DNA of 64,000 nt from Octopus vulgaris. Taxonomy: Eukaryota. The position numbers were made by a program, and so were the translations under genes. The DNA is taken from positions 68,572,001 through 68,636,000 of the forward strand of contig OX597816.1 in the NCBI GenBank assembly GCA_951406725.2. The letters run 5' to 3'. The first letter of the stretch is position 1; every line of letters starts with the position of its first letter. Shown here one piece after another: positions 28,628 to 41,989 of the stretch. Under the pieces are notes generated by a model. The model was not told the DNA's origin, did no database searches, and was given only the letters and a program-made list of their open reading frames with translations.

Positions 28628-29289
28628 AGTAATTTTTATTAACTTTTATAGCTTTAGAATTTTATGAACTGTACCACGGATTTAATTATTATTATTTTTC
28701 ATCTCCATATGTGTTAGCCCTTTTTTTTTTTTTTTTTAAAAAAACTATTAGCTAAATATGTATGATATCGGTACTTATTAATATTATATATACACTGTTA
28801 TATATTTTGTTTTATTTTGTTCTGGTTACCTTCCTTTTTGTACAAATGTGTATTATATTATACAAGTGTAGCATTATGATGTATAAGTTTTTATATTTTA
28901 CTTTTTTATATTTTTATATTTATATGTATATGATTATATAATATTTTTCACTATTATAACAAATTTAATTTAATTCTCTGAAGAGGCCGTGGGGCATCTT
29001 TGTTAATGCCTCATTTATACCTGCCTTTATGGCTTATAGGTTAAATGAGGTATGACTGTCCTCACTGCCGAAACAGCTGTCAGTTTTGATTTATTTGCAT
29101 ATTGTATTTGTAATTTTTTACTTATATCTCTTTATCTTTTTACTTTTACTATTACTGTATATCTCATTTCATTTTATATATTGCCTTTACTCCTATGTAA
29201 TGGTGTATTAAAGTATGGATTGAGTATCATCGGATAGTTGATGTTTTATTGATTTAAGTATGTTTCTCCATTCTCTAATTTTGTAGTAT
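27467..29289 (+). repeat. Right inverted arm / 3' pseudo-LTR
   Basis: Reverse complement of 23638-25486; unique sequence continues to (TA)n at ~29461. Confidence 0.97.
28972..29086 (+). ncRNA. Type I hammerhead ribozyme motif with extended branched stem II
   Basis: CTGAAGA (28978-84) GGC...GCC GAAA (29070-73) cagctg TC; inner helix cctcattta/taaatgagg; stem I is short. Confidence 0.65.
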
Positions 29290-29459
29290 TAATTTACGGT
29301 AATATTATTACCCTTACCCATTTAATACAATAGATGAACTGATTGCTTGACAATTTCTAACATCTATGTATTAATTTTGTTGGGTACCTATCTAGCAGTA
29401 TATTGGATATATATTATCCCATGGTGGGTTGAATTTTCAACCCCTATCTCATTTTATAA

Positions 29460-29497
<38 letters not shown>

Positions 29498-29802
29498 TCT
29501 GTGCGTACATATGTATAAATATATATACATATATATGTATATTCTTATACATATGTACACACACACACACACACATATATACATATACATATGTACAAAC
29601 ACAGAGACATACACACACACACGCACACAAACACCGACAAACACATGAGTTCACACACACGCACACACATGCAATAAGTGATCTCCAATAATAAGCCTGA
29701 AACCAGTGGTAACATTGTGACAGGCCATAACATGCAACTCGTAGGTACATATATACACAAAAACTCATAGACACATATATACAAAAACGCAGATACGCGC
29801 AT

Positions 29803-29834
<32 letters not shown>

Positions 29835-30278
29835 ATTCTCATTTGCATATATATATATATATACACTCGCACACAGTCCGCCCGCACACACTGTCATGCA
29901 CACACACAAAGATACACACGACCGGCTACACCAACGCACCCACACACGTGCCACCACGCCTCTCTCTCTCTCTCACTTGCACACGCACACACACATACAC
30001 ATACGCACGCACACACGTACACAAACCGACACAAACATGAGCTCACCCACACACTCATATGTACATATGCACACACACTCATACGCACACTCACAGTCAC
30101 ATTGTGACTCTGTTATACGCACACGTGCAAACAAATACACACACACACAGCCACACCTATCCAACTTCCACACTTTTCACTTCTCTCGACCGAATCAAAC
30201 ACCAACCACTACCCTACACATTAGTTCACACCCGCATACATACATCACTCATATAAACACAAGCACACACAGATACTA

Positions 30279-30324
<46 letters not shown>

Positions 30325-30430
30325 GCCATCTTCTCAATATTCTGTCCTCTATCTTTTGTCACTTCAGGTTACTTCAGCAGCCAACGTGTTCTTGGTGATT
30401 TTCTTTCCCTCTCTGGATTTTTCACTTTCT

Positions 30431-30467
30431 TCTTTCTGACGAAGAGCTATGTTCGAAACATCAAAAT
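30431..30467 (+). ncRNA. Minimal hammerhead-like motif
   Basis: ttt CTGACGA agagc tat gttc GAAA ca TC aaa. Confidence 0.45.
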
Positions 30468-30742
30468 ATTTTTATTGAGCGTCAAACTGGTCCTTTCTTC
30501 CCGCACGTCCTTTTGTCTGTTATTGTTAATTTTATAGTTCGTTTAATTAAATTAAACACACACGCACACACACACACATAGGGGAAAAATAAAAAAAAAT
30601 CCAAAAGACGGAGGCAGGTGGTGTAGACAACAAACAGATGTATTAGTTTAACGCTCGGGAAGTGAAAAATTCTTCCACAGAAAAGAACACAAAAAGAAAC
30701 AAGGAAAGAAAATAAAGAATATGTAGTGGCTAGCGATCTATC

Positions 30743-30779
<37 letters not shown>

Positions 30780-30934
30780 AAAAATATTGCAATAAAATAG
30801 TATTACTTACCGGGCAAATAAAGCACCGTAAAGGTAAAAGTATAAGTATAGAATAGTGGTACAACATGGCACCAATGTTTGCTGGAAATAGCGGGCGATG
30901 ATTTTACGACGCTTTAGTAAAACTTCATTGTATA

Positions 30935-31360
30935 TATTCTTTTCTACTCTAGGCACAAGGCCGGAAATTTTGAGGGAAGGGGCCAGTCGATTAGATTGAA
31001 CACAGTACGCCACTGGTATTTAAATTATCGACCCTGAAAGGCAAAGTCGACCTCGGCGGAATTTGAACTCAGAGCGTAAAGACAAACGAAATACCTGTCT
31101 CATTATTACCCACAAGAGGCTAAACATAGAGGGGACAAACAAGGACAGACAAACGGATTAAGTCGATTACATCGACCCCAGTACGTAACTGGTACTTCAT
31201 TTATCGACCCCGAAAGGATGAAAGGCAAAGTCGAACTCGCCAGAATTTGGACTCAGAACGTAGTGGCAGACGAAATACCGCTAAGCATTTCGCCCGTTGT
31301 GCTAACGTTTCTTTTTTTTATTGCCCACAAGGGGCTAAACATAGAGGGGACAAATAAGGA
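30935..31360 (-). mobile_element. SINE family A, tandem units
   Basis: Two GGCAAAGTCGA cores; homologous to 3598-3965. Confidence 0.75.
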
Positions 31361-31478
31361 AGCAATTTCAACAACGCATTACTCATTCGACTAGCTTGCG
31401 GCTCCCTGTCAATAAAATTGGGAATACATCGAGATAAATCGACAAAGTATATACATGCACCTGCGATTTAAATGCACA

Positions 31479-31517
<39 letters not shown>

Positions 31518-31559
31518 ACATACACACACACACACACATACAATACATACCTACATATG

Positions 31560-31652
31560 GTGCGTTGGCCAAGTGTCTTCTACTATAGCCTCGGGCCGAC
31601 CAAAGACTTGTGAGTCGATTTGGTAGATGGAAACTGAAAGAACCCCGTCGTA

Positions 31653-31709
<57 letters not shown>

Positions 31710-31930
31710 GTGTGTATATGTTTGTGTGTCTGTGTTTGTCCCCCCAACATCGCTTAACAATCCATGCTGGTGTGTTTACGTCCCCGTAACTTAGCGGTTC
31801 GACAAAAAAGTCCGATAGAATAAGTACTAGGCTTACAAAGAAAAAGTTTTGGGGGCGATTTGCCCGGCTAAAGGCGGTGCTCCAGCATGGCCACAGTCAA
31901 ATCACTGAAACAAGTAAAAGAGTAAAAGAG
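31560..31930 (+). mobile_element. SINE family B
   Basis: Homologous to 61116-61555. Confidence 0.8.
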
Positions 31931-32174
31931 AAATATGTATATTTATATATACACGTGTGCGTGTATGTGTGCATGTGCGTACGTCTGTATTTGTATGTAT
32001 CTCCACACACACGCACACACATATCATTATCATAAATACATGGATATAATGCAGCCATACATAGGTTAGAAACAAAACACCTAATTAATCGTATATTCAG
32101 TATCGCAAGAATTGCTTACATCACATTTCCTTAAAGATTTCACATACGGCACAATCACTAGAGCCGAAACGGCG

Positions 32175-32480
32175 ATATCCTCCTCCTCCGACCAGGCTAT
32201 CAGATGTTGCTACACATCGCTTGTCACAATGCGCTTCGCATTGTTTTAGCCTTCAAATGACGCCACCCCGCTGGCTAAGCGACCAGGCCAAGAGAAGAAA
32301 GAGTGAGAGAAAGTTGCGGCGAAAGAGTGCAGCAGGGATCGCCACCACCCCCTGCCGGAACGTCGTGGAGCTATAGGTGTTTTCGCTCAATAAACACTCA
32401 CAGTGCCCCGTTTGGGAATCGAAACCGCGATCCTACGACCGCGAGTTCGCTGCTCTAACCACTGGGACATTGCGCCTCCA
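32175..32480 (-). mobile_element. SINE family D
   Basis: tRNA-like head near 32400-32480 on the minus strand; homologous to 59380-59765. Confidence 0.75.
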
Positions 32481-33100
32481 TACGGCGATATTTATTATAT
32501 TCTAATACACCAGACAGACAGACAGGTGACTGCGCCGTCGTCACACGCTGTCTGAGATATGCAACACCATACGCGTGCGCGTACACACAAACACAGACGT
32601 TCAGAGACACTCACACATACACACGCAAGCACAATACATACACGCACGCAGTTGCCTACTCGCTTCGCTGTGCTGTGAATATATTTTTTTTACCATTCTG
32701 TAAGAATATATTATTCCGTGTTTTGGAAACTATTCTTACGTAACCTTCCTATGATGTCGGTCCTGTATGCGGTGAGAGGGAGAAATTTCGGCTGCACGTG
32801 TTCGCCGTCGCAAACGCAAACACGCAATCTCTCTCTCTTTCTCCCTCTCTCTCTCTCGCTCTCTGACACACACACACAGACACACACACATAGATATTTA
32901 CACACATGCATACAAGAACTTATTCTCAAACACCACGCGTGTTTATATCTATCGATCCATCTTTCTGTATGCCTGTCTGTCTGTATAAGCATAAACGTTT
33001 GTTACAGCAGGCACGAGTAACTCCTTTTCAGAAGCAGAGCGCATGAGACACGGTTCATCTTTAGGTGGGCTGCAGGTTGCACACATATATGACCGATATA

Positions 33101-33148
<48 letters not shown>

Positions 33149-33188
33149 ATATATGTATGTAGGTATGTATATATACATACATATATAA

Positions 33189-33243
<55 letters not shown>

Positions 33244-33492
33244 GATATAATTAACGAGGACTATTTGATTTCATTATTTTTTGCCATACGTGAGTTACAA
33301 ATATTGTTGTCTGTGGAGACATATTTTTGTAGAAAAAGGAAATAGTAGTCCTTTGGCTGCTATTTCTAATATTTTCGGTATGTGGTCATGCAACTTGTTG
33401 CAAACCCTTATTGTTATAATTATATATATAAATATATATACATAGATACATATATATATATAGGTATATATATGCATATATATATATATGTA

Positions 33493-33597
<105 letters not shown>

Positions 33598-33611
33598 ACA
33601 CATATATATCT

Positions 33612-33965
33612 CACTGCGTGACACCTTGGGCAAATGTCTTCGACTATAGCCTCGGGCCGACCAAAGCCTTGTGAGTGAATTTGGTAGACGGAAACTGAAA
33701 GAAGCCAGTCGTATATATGTATATGTATATATATATGTATGTGTGTGTCTATGTTTGTGTGTCTGTGTTTGTTCCCGCTCCACCATCGTGTGATAACCAA
33801 TGCTGGTGTGTTTACGTCCCCGTAACTTAGTGGTTCGGCAAAAGAGACCGATAGAATAAATACTAGGCTTAGAAAGTATAAGTCCTGGGGTCGATTTGCT
33901 CCACTAAAGGCGGTGCTCCAGCATGGCCACAGTCAAATGACTGAAAGAAGTAAAAGAATAAAATA
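33612..33965 (+). mobile_element. SINE family B (5'-truncated)
   Basis: Homologous to 61116-61555. Confidence 0.8.
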
Positions 33966-34511
33966 GTATAGTATATATACAAGCTCGGGATTAAATCTAT
34001 TACATCGATTCGTCTTCCACTGGTAATTATTCAATTGACCTCGAAATGATGAAGAGCGAAGATGATGCCGCTAAGCATTTTGCCCGGCGTGCTAACGATT
34101 CAGCCAGCTCGTCGCCTTCAGGGACAAATAGATGATCCTTTCTACTAAAGGCACAAGGCCTGATATTTGGGGGAAGGAAGCAGTCGATTACAACGACCCC
34201 CGTTCTTAGAACTCACTTGATCTTAGTTTAGCGACACCAAAGGGAGAAAAGGCAAAGTCGACTTCGGCAGAATTTGAACTCAGAGCGGAAAGACGGACGA
34301 AATGTTGCAAAGCGTTTCACACGGCGTACCAACTATTTTGTCAGCACGCCACCTTAAGAGCCAAAATAATAATGACACCAAAACCCCACCCCCAACGCCA
34401 AAAGCAAAAATACCTGTCAAGGAGGGAGCCTCTAAAGAGTCACAAGCCCCTGATACACACATACATGTATGAGCAAACATACACACATACATATATACAC
34501 ACATACATACA

Positions 34512-34574
<63 letters not shown>

Positions 34575-34577
<3 letters not shown>

Positions 34578-34736
34578 GCTGGGTGGTAAGAAGCTTGCTT
34601 CCCAGCCACATGGTTCCGGGTTCAGTTCTACTGCGTGGCACCTTCAGCAAGTGTCTTCTATTAGAGCCTTGGCCGACCAAAGCTTTGAGAGGGGATTTTG
34701 TTGATGGAAACTGGAAGAAGCCCGTCGTATATAAAT

Positions 34737-34807
<71 letters not shown>

Positions 34808-34965
34808 TGTGTGTGTTTGTGTTTGTTCCCCTGCCATCACTTGACACCCGATGCTGGTGGGCAAAAGAGACCGATAGTATGCGTACTAGGCTTACAAAGA
34901 ATAAGTCGCGAGGTCGATTTCTTTGACTAACTTTGACTTGAAGGCGGTGCTCCAGTATTGCCGCA
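34575..34965 (+). mobile_element. SINE family B
   Basis: Head GGCTGGGTGGTAAG, B box GGTTCAGTTCT, internal (TA)n. Confidence 0.75.
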
Positions 34966-35457
34966 TCTATCGTATTAGAATACATATCGTTTTACTTTCA
35001 TATGTCCATTCAGTGTCGACGTGCATACTTAAGGCTCAACATTGCCGGCGTCTTTCGCACACACCTCCATTATGGGAAGTCCTCGGTCTTATCATAAATG
35101 GTATGAAACTAAGTATTACCATTCGGGTTGATAACTGTTGAAAAATTAGGGACTCTCTGTATCTTATACGAATACTTTATTTTTATCTGTCGTTGTTTAC
35201 TTATAATGCACTTTTCATTTATCAAGTCATAGTGCGCAACACACACCCGACGTTTATTAACAATAAGTTTATATATATATTTATATATATATATATATAT
35301 ATAACAAAGTGGAGTTCTAAGGTACCGCACGAGTGGAATTATATACGAAAGAAGGTTGGAAAATGCAATTTTAAAAGATGTTTATTTACTTTACCGGTTT
35401 CTCTTTTTAGAAAAAGATCGTCAAAAGTAACATGTAAAAGTTTGGTTGCGTTAATTA

Positions 35458-35767
35458 TTGGTTGTTACAAAATGCTACAATACATATATACATTCTTTGG
35501 TAACAAGAACATGTTAAGAACATAAAAAGTTTAACAAGTTCATTAAAATATTGGGCACAAAAGATTACAACATATATATACATTCTCAAGAAAATGTTAA
35601 AGATAGTTTCCAGAAGGAATTATTAAAAAGTTCAGTGGAATACTGGTATTGTATCTGTATGTACATACACGCACAGAATATTGGTTGTCACAAAATACTA
35701 CAATACATATATACATTCCTTGGTAACAAGAACATGTTAAGAACATAAAAAAAGTTTAACAAGTTCA

Positions 35768-35770
<3 letters not shown>
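35458..35770 (+). repeat. ~90-bp direct repeat pair
   Basis: TTGGTTGT(T/C)ACAAAAT..CTACAATACATATATACATTC..GGTAACAAGAACATGTTAAGAACATAAAAA at ~35458 and ~35681. Confidence 0.85.
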
Positions 35771-35816
<46 letters not shown>

Positions 35817-35827
35817 TTACATATACA

Positions 35828-35897
<70 letters not shown>

Positions 35898-35939
35898 AAG
35901 CATGAAAAAAGTTTAACAAGTTCATTAATATATATATAT

Positions 35940-37500
35940 GGTTTGCTGGTGAGAGGTTGATTGGAAACAAAATGGTAATACAACGATATAGGAGTTTCAG
36001 AGATGTGATGGTATATTTAAGAAGTGTACTGTGTTATTTTGATTATATATCGTAGAATAATAACGTATTTTGACTATTTACAATTAATCTACTTGTATCT
36101 TAATTAATAGTATTTTCTGTTTAACTTATTGTGTATGTATTTATACGTCCTTTGATGGGCATACATGTATTTTGTATTATATAATTTAGTAAATATTTGA
36201 ATAGAAACATAGTGGAAATGTAAAGATATAGAATTTTTTTTTAGTGGTAGGATAGTTTGTTTACGGAAAATACGGTGTTATTTTAATTATGTACCTTATG
36301 ATAATTTACATTCTTCATCGGGGTATAAATGTATGTATGATTGCATATACGAATTTATGAATATATGAGTGGATATGTTTGTAAGCATGTATGTGTGTGT
36401 AAGTGTGGGCTAGTATCTCTTATGTTATGTTATGATTTGGCTGTGTATGTGCGTATGTGCGCACGTTTGCAAGTGTGCGCGTGTGGATGTTTCTCAACTA
36501 ACCAACCGTAAAAAACAATTGTAATTTAAATTTAAAAGTATAAGCCAATCAAATTCCGGCGTTCGTTTCATAACTATTTCGGAAATTACTAATATATTAG
36601 TGTCACAATAGAAATTATTAATTCACATGCATCTGTGGAAATTAACACCATGTAAACTGATTGACTTGACTGATTTTTATATGTATGTGCAAATATTTAA
36701 TGCCTTGCATAATACTGTGGTATTATGTTGGTCCCTAGTTTTGCTACTATATTGCTAATTATGTGATATATGTATTGTTTTATTAGTATTAATGTTATTA
36801 GAAATAAGAACAATGATATTGGTAGCATTAATGATATTGATAACAGTATTGATGTTAATATTAATGACTTTTTGTAAATTAATATAAGGTAATACTGACT
36901 CTATATATCTGCATTGAAGTATGAATATGTCTATGTTCTCTACGTTGTAATATCTTAATATTAAGTTGAAAAACATTGACTATGGAACATATATATATTT
37001 TATTGATTTATATTATTTGTATTATTATGTATATGTATATGTGTATGTATAAGAGTATGAGTATATGCACTCATATATATATGTAAATGATTTATTATGG
37101 GTATGTACCCACACTTATATGAGTATATTTGTAATTTGGTTTATACTTTAGAATCTCCGAAGAGGCCTTAAGATATCTTTGCAAATCTCTCATTTTTAAC
37201 TTCATATTGACATACTATACATGGCTAATATAGGTAAAATGAGACATATTTATCTGCATGGCCGAAGCAGCTGTAAGATATAGTGTATATTTATATGTAT
37301 ATCTATTTATATTTATTTATTTATATCCTCTTATAATGATTGTACCTATTGTATTGTATTACTCATTCATGTACGCTGTTTTGTTATATATTTTTATGTT
37401 TAACCTTAATGTTCTTATGTAATGGTTCAATAAAGTAAGTGATTGGGTATTATCTGGTAGTTGATTAATGATTTAGATGTATTTCTCCATTTTCTGATTT

Positions 37501-37502
<2 letters not shown>
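35940..37502 (+). mobile_element. Diverged solo pseudo-LTR related to the 23.6-29.5 kb element
   Basis: Shares three collinear blocks with the right arm: ACTAACCAACCGTA..AGCCAATC, the hammerhead at 37153-37279, and the terminal TTTCTCCATT.TCT.ATTTTG; flanked by (TA)n. Confidence 0.7.
37153..37279 (+). ncRNA. Hammerhead motif with mutated core
   Basis: atct CCGAAGA ggcc...ggcc GAAG cagctg TA agat; inner helix tctcatttt/aaaatgaga. Confidence 0.55.
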
Positions 37503-37564
<62 letters not shown>

Positions 37565-37916
37565 CATACATACAATATACATATATATACACATACATAC
37601 AACATATATATATATATCGAAATACGGAATAAGTCGAAGGAGGGGCAGCTGAAGAAAGGGAATTTTCCTTGTGTTGTATGTCTTGTACACTGTTTTTTCG
37701 TTGTTTAAAAAAATGTCCGTTTCCATGGTTTTGTTTTTGTTTTCGTTTCTCATTGTGTTCGACGTTTTTTTTTTTTGGTGTCCTGTACCCATATATGCAT
37801 GTATATGTACATATAGATGTAGGTACGTACATATATGTATGTATATATGCATATGTTTTATTTATTATTTTGTTATTATATCTTTATATATACATATAAA
37901 CAAATACATACATACA

Positions 37917-37978
<62 letters not shown>

Positions 37979-38877
37979 CACATACATACGACATATATGT
38001 GTGTGTGTGTGTGTAAACAAGATGATCATTGATTGACTGCCTTCGCCTTCTAGTTGTTCATGTAGGTTAGTCGAACGACTGGTGACCCTGGGTTAACAAA
38101 TAACAATGCGATAACAAATCCCACGGGTAGTAACACTAAACAAGGTAACATCAACAAAAATGACAAAATAACAAGGAAATCTACATATACACCACCACCA
38201 TCACCACCACCACCACCACCACCACCACCACCAATAATAACAATAACAATAACAGCAACAACAACAACAACAACAGTAACATCAAGAGAGAAATGTAAAC
38301 TGAGGCCAGAGGGTTTAGATATGGAATATCCACAGCATATTACGCAATACGTACGATACGCGCTGTGATGTTGCGTTAACATGTAATATGGATCATAGAC
38401 GTGTGTGTAAGTTCGTCTGAACGCTAGAGGAAGGCGCGCAGTTGTGTGTGTTTGCTAAGACCTGTATAATAGTTCTGTGCACATGTGCTCTTTCCTCTGT
38501 GTGTGTGTGTGTGTGTGTGTCTCTATTGCATGTGTATTGTATGCGTGTACGTTTATGATGTTACGCTCTAGTGTTTGCGTGCGAGCGTGTGTGCGTAAGC
38601 CTATGTTGTCTGTGTTGTGTGTGTGTGTGCGTATCGTACGTATTGTGTATTATGTTGTGTGTGTTGTGTGTGTGTGTGTGTGTGTGTGTGTAGCGATGGA
38701 ATCAAGGAAAATTTCTCATGAGGTTTGATCGATAACATTCGATTATCGCATTCATATATAAATCTATACAATTATTTACGTGTAAATAAACACACGGACA
38801 AGCACATACACGAATACATACACCTACACACATAAATATATATACATGTATAGATACATACATACAAACTACCTACA

Positions 38878-39066
<189 letters not shown>

Positions 39067-39370
39067 GTTATTAAGGCGCATGAATGGTTACACTTGCGGT
39101 AGTGTGTGGGTATTGATGTGTGCTTTCATCAGGGTCCCGGTTCTTATCTGTCTGTCCCTCTATTTCTTTAAGCCCTCCCTCTAATTTTCTATTGTTGTCC
39201 CTTTCTCACTCTCTCAGTCTTTTTTCTCTCTCCCTCTTTGAATATATATATCCATATATTTTCTTTTCTTTACTGTCTCTTTCCATTTGGCAATATATAT
39301 ATAGTTGAAATTTATAGAAAAACAAACGACAATCAGGTGTATTAATTTCACGTTCAGAGAAATGAAAATG

Positions 39371-39408
39371 TCTTTTACGTTTCGAGCCTTCGCTGTTCAA
39401 CAGTAAGG
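39371..39408 (-). ncRNA. Degenerate minimal hammerhead-like motif
   Basis: Minus strand: CTGTTGA acagc gaag gctc GAAA cg TA aaaga; family of 22572-22609. Confidence 0.35.
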
Positions 39409-39494
39409 AATAAGAGAAAATAAACAGAGAGAATTAAAACAAAGCAACCTGTAGATTTAGCGGTCAAGCAGATCGACTATTGTCTTTATATGTA

Positions 39495-39930
39495 CAGGGT
39501 GCGTAAGGTATTTGAGGACATACCGTTTTTGGGTCATTGCTGCATTTTTTGCTAACCCTGTATAATCTTTGTTTCAGAAAATAATAATGGCAGACCCTCT
39601 GCTTACTCAAGAAATGAAGAGGCGTGCTATTATTGTAAGCAGAGCGATTTAGAAATATCTCGAATTTTAAGTTGCCAGATCTTTCGTCTACAAAGTTTGT
39701 AAGGAGTTAGAGACTAAAGATGGAAAACGTATCACCAGTACCAAAGCATAAAAAGCATTCTAAACACTCTGAAATCATCAGAACACCTGAATTTATCCAG
39801 CAAGTTCAACAGAGCATTGATTACAATCTCAGAAAGTTCATGAGGTCAATTGCAAAAGATTTCCATGTGTCAGAAGTAACAGTCAGAAATGTTGTCCACG
39901 AAGACATCAGATATAGGTCTTATATGATGA
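39495..39930 (+). mobile_element. Tc1/mariner-superfamily 5' fragment (maT/DD37D-like N-terminus)
   Basis: TA|CAGGGTG terminus; translation IRTPEFIQQVQQSID..RKFMRSIAKDFHVSEVTVRNVVHEDIRYRSY (HTH); catalytic domain absent. Confidence 0.7.
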
Positions 39931-40600
39931 GGATGCTACTCAGCAACTCCGTTGGCCCATCTGTTGTCTGTGATCAATGCCACATGTCCGGCACAACGGA
40001 ATTTGTACTTTCGATATTCTACGATCGCATTCTTCACTGAGCTCCGTTCACGAATATTTAAATGCGAGAGAAAGGTGTCATAGTTTCACGCCATCTGCCG
40101 AGTCATTGTCTCTCTTGAACATTTCTCGACATAGTGAAGAGATTTAGCGACGTGGTTTCTCTTTATTTTTCACGGATTTCTCAATTGTGATTCTTGTAGC
40201 GATAACAGTGCTGATTTGGCGGCTCATACATTGCTTGCAACCCTGAGCGGTTCGGTGTATTGCGCCTGCACACCTTATATTTCAATAGTTTTCAACAATG
40301 CATTCATCTAGGCTCTATCGAAAACCTTTTCGCAGTCGATAACAGCAATGCACAGAGATATCATTTGTTCTTTCACCTGTGCTATAAGCTGTTAAAAGTG
40401 AATAAGTGAACCAACGTACTATAGATCTTACTGAAATCTTGCTCCCTCGACTGCTGGTCATCGAGATGTTTTGATAGACTGGTTTACGTCTGCTTGGGGC
40501 ACATAATGAATACGAATTGGGACACAGCTGCTGAAAACTCGAGTAGAATAAATCAGGATAGAAGGCGTCTGACACATTAACAATTGTACCTGTCCACCTA
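39930..40600 (-). mobile_element. RTE-clade LINE RT fragment (degraded, internally deleted)
   Basis: Minus-strand translations HLDDQQSREQ..YST..HLFT, LCIAVIDCEKVFD and KFRCAGHVALITDNRWA. Confidence 0.7.
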
Positions 40601-40801
40601 TCTTAATAAATGGTTTTTGACTTATTTGTAAGACTTATAATTTTGAGGGGAGGGAATTTGTCGCTTACACCGACTCTGTACTTGACTGGTACTTTATTTC
40701 ATCGTCTTCTAAAAGATAAAGTGCTAAGTTGATCTTGACAGAATTTGAAATGAGAACGTAAGGAAGCAGAAGAAATAAATATAATGCATTTTGTTCGATA
40801 G

Positions 40802-41102
40802 TGGAGGCACATGGCCTAGTGGTTAGAGCAACTGACTCGCGGTCGAGGGATCGCGGGTTCGAATCTCAGACCGAGCGATGTGAGTGTTTATGAGCGAAAC
40901 ACCTAAGCTCCAAGCGTCTCCGGTAGAAGATAATGGTGAACCTCTGCTGAATCTTTCGCCACAACTTTCTCTCACACTTTCCTTCTGCATCAAGCAGCTC
41001 ATCTGCGACAGGACCGGCGTCCCGTCCAGGTGGGGAACCTATACGCCAAGGAAACCGGAAAACCGGCCCTTATGAGCCAGGCGTTGCTCGAGAAGGAACA
41101 AA
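40802..41102 (+). mobile_element. SINE family D
   Basis: Head GGAGGCACATGGCCTAGTGG..GACTCGCGG..GGGTTCGAATC; homologous to 6022-6310. Confidence 0.8.
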
Positions 41103-41989
41103 CAAACAACAAACATTTTGTTCGATGCTCTGACGATTCTGTCTGTAATCGCTTCTAACTGAATCAGAAGACGAGAAATATTGGTACAGTAGAGTCGATT
41201 AAATCGTTCTCGGTAATTGACTTTATTTTACCGACCCCGAAGTGATGAAACACGAAGTCGATCTTGGATCAGTTTGAGTTCAGAACGTAGAGTTGTACAA
41301 TAACATAATGTTGGGTTCGCTTTCCAACCGCGAGGTTCCAGCTTTTATTCCTCTGTAGCACGTTGAGCGAGACTTTTCTACTATAGCCCCAGGTTGTCCA
41401 TAAATAATATCTCAAGGATTTAGTAAAAATATGAACGGAAAATTTGACAAAATGACAACACAGAAAATTCGTAGCAATGTACAAATACTGAAGGAATGTG
41501 TACAGGACAGTTTGGTTATCCGGTGCGCATCTAGGATAGATTAGATTGATGATGGTTTTAATTTATTTGACCTCAGGAAAAATGTCTTTGTTCTTGTGAC
41601 AAATAAGCAATTGAAGTCTGGACAGAGAGCTGCTTTGCTTACAATAACCTGTGGGGAGCGAATTTTTACTCCGTCATATGATCCAAACAGATCACGATAC
41701 GGACTTATGAAAAGTAGATCTGGAGCCATTCCGCTCTACGAGGTATCACACCGAGATGAAGTATGTTATAGACAGATCTGCTGGATGATTGCAAACGTTT
41801 GATAGTTTCCGATAATGATACCAAGAATAAGAAACCCTCAACGTTGCTTATCATTGTGGAGCAGAGTTATGAGCTTGAAGCTGTCTAATATCTACTAATC
41901 TCTTATTCAGGTCTTCCTCTACAGCATCGCTATTCCTCAGCTCCCAAAACTTAGAAAACTTACACTCTGATGCCAGCTGTAATGACAGC

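Larger units (their letters stand above)
23638..29461 (+). mobile_element. 5'-truncated Penelope-like retroelement with long inverted pseudo-LTR
   Basis: Near-identical inverted arms 23638-25486 and 27467-29289; central linker plus GIY-YIG coding region; hammerhead motif in each arm; both ends in (TA)n. Confidence 0.85.

Noticed and set aside
29052-29237. Identical 61-aa hydrophobic ORF in both arms
   Set aside because: It results from the inverted duplication of T-rich sequence, overlaps the ribozyme and has no recognisable motif
23638-29461. Interpretation as a Polinton/Maverick or cut-and-paste DNA transposon with long TIRs
   Set aside because: No integrase, polymerase or transposase; the arms are asymmetric at the outer end, carry hammerheads, and the ORF is PLE-type
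35109-35330. Peptide IKIKYSYKIQRVPNFSTVINP resembling the PLE linker
   Set aside because: Short, no flanking conserved motifs; probably chance
40802-40875. tRNA gene-like sequence
   Set aside because: It is the head of a SINE continuing into a repeated body, with no proper acceptor stem or terminator
41596-41802. 68-aa non-repetitive ORF
   Set aside because: No recognisable motif; adjacent to an interspersed repeat and probably decayed transposon sequence
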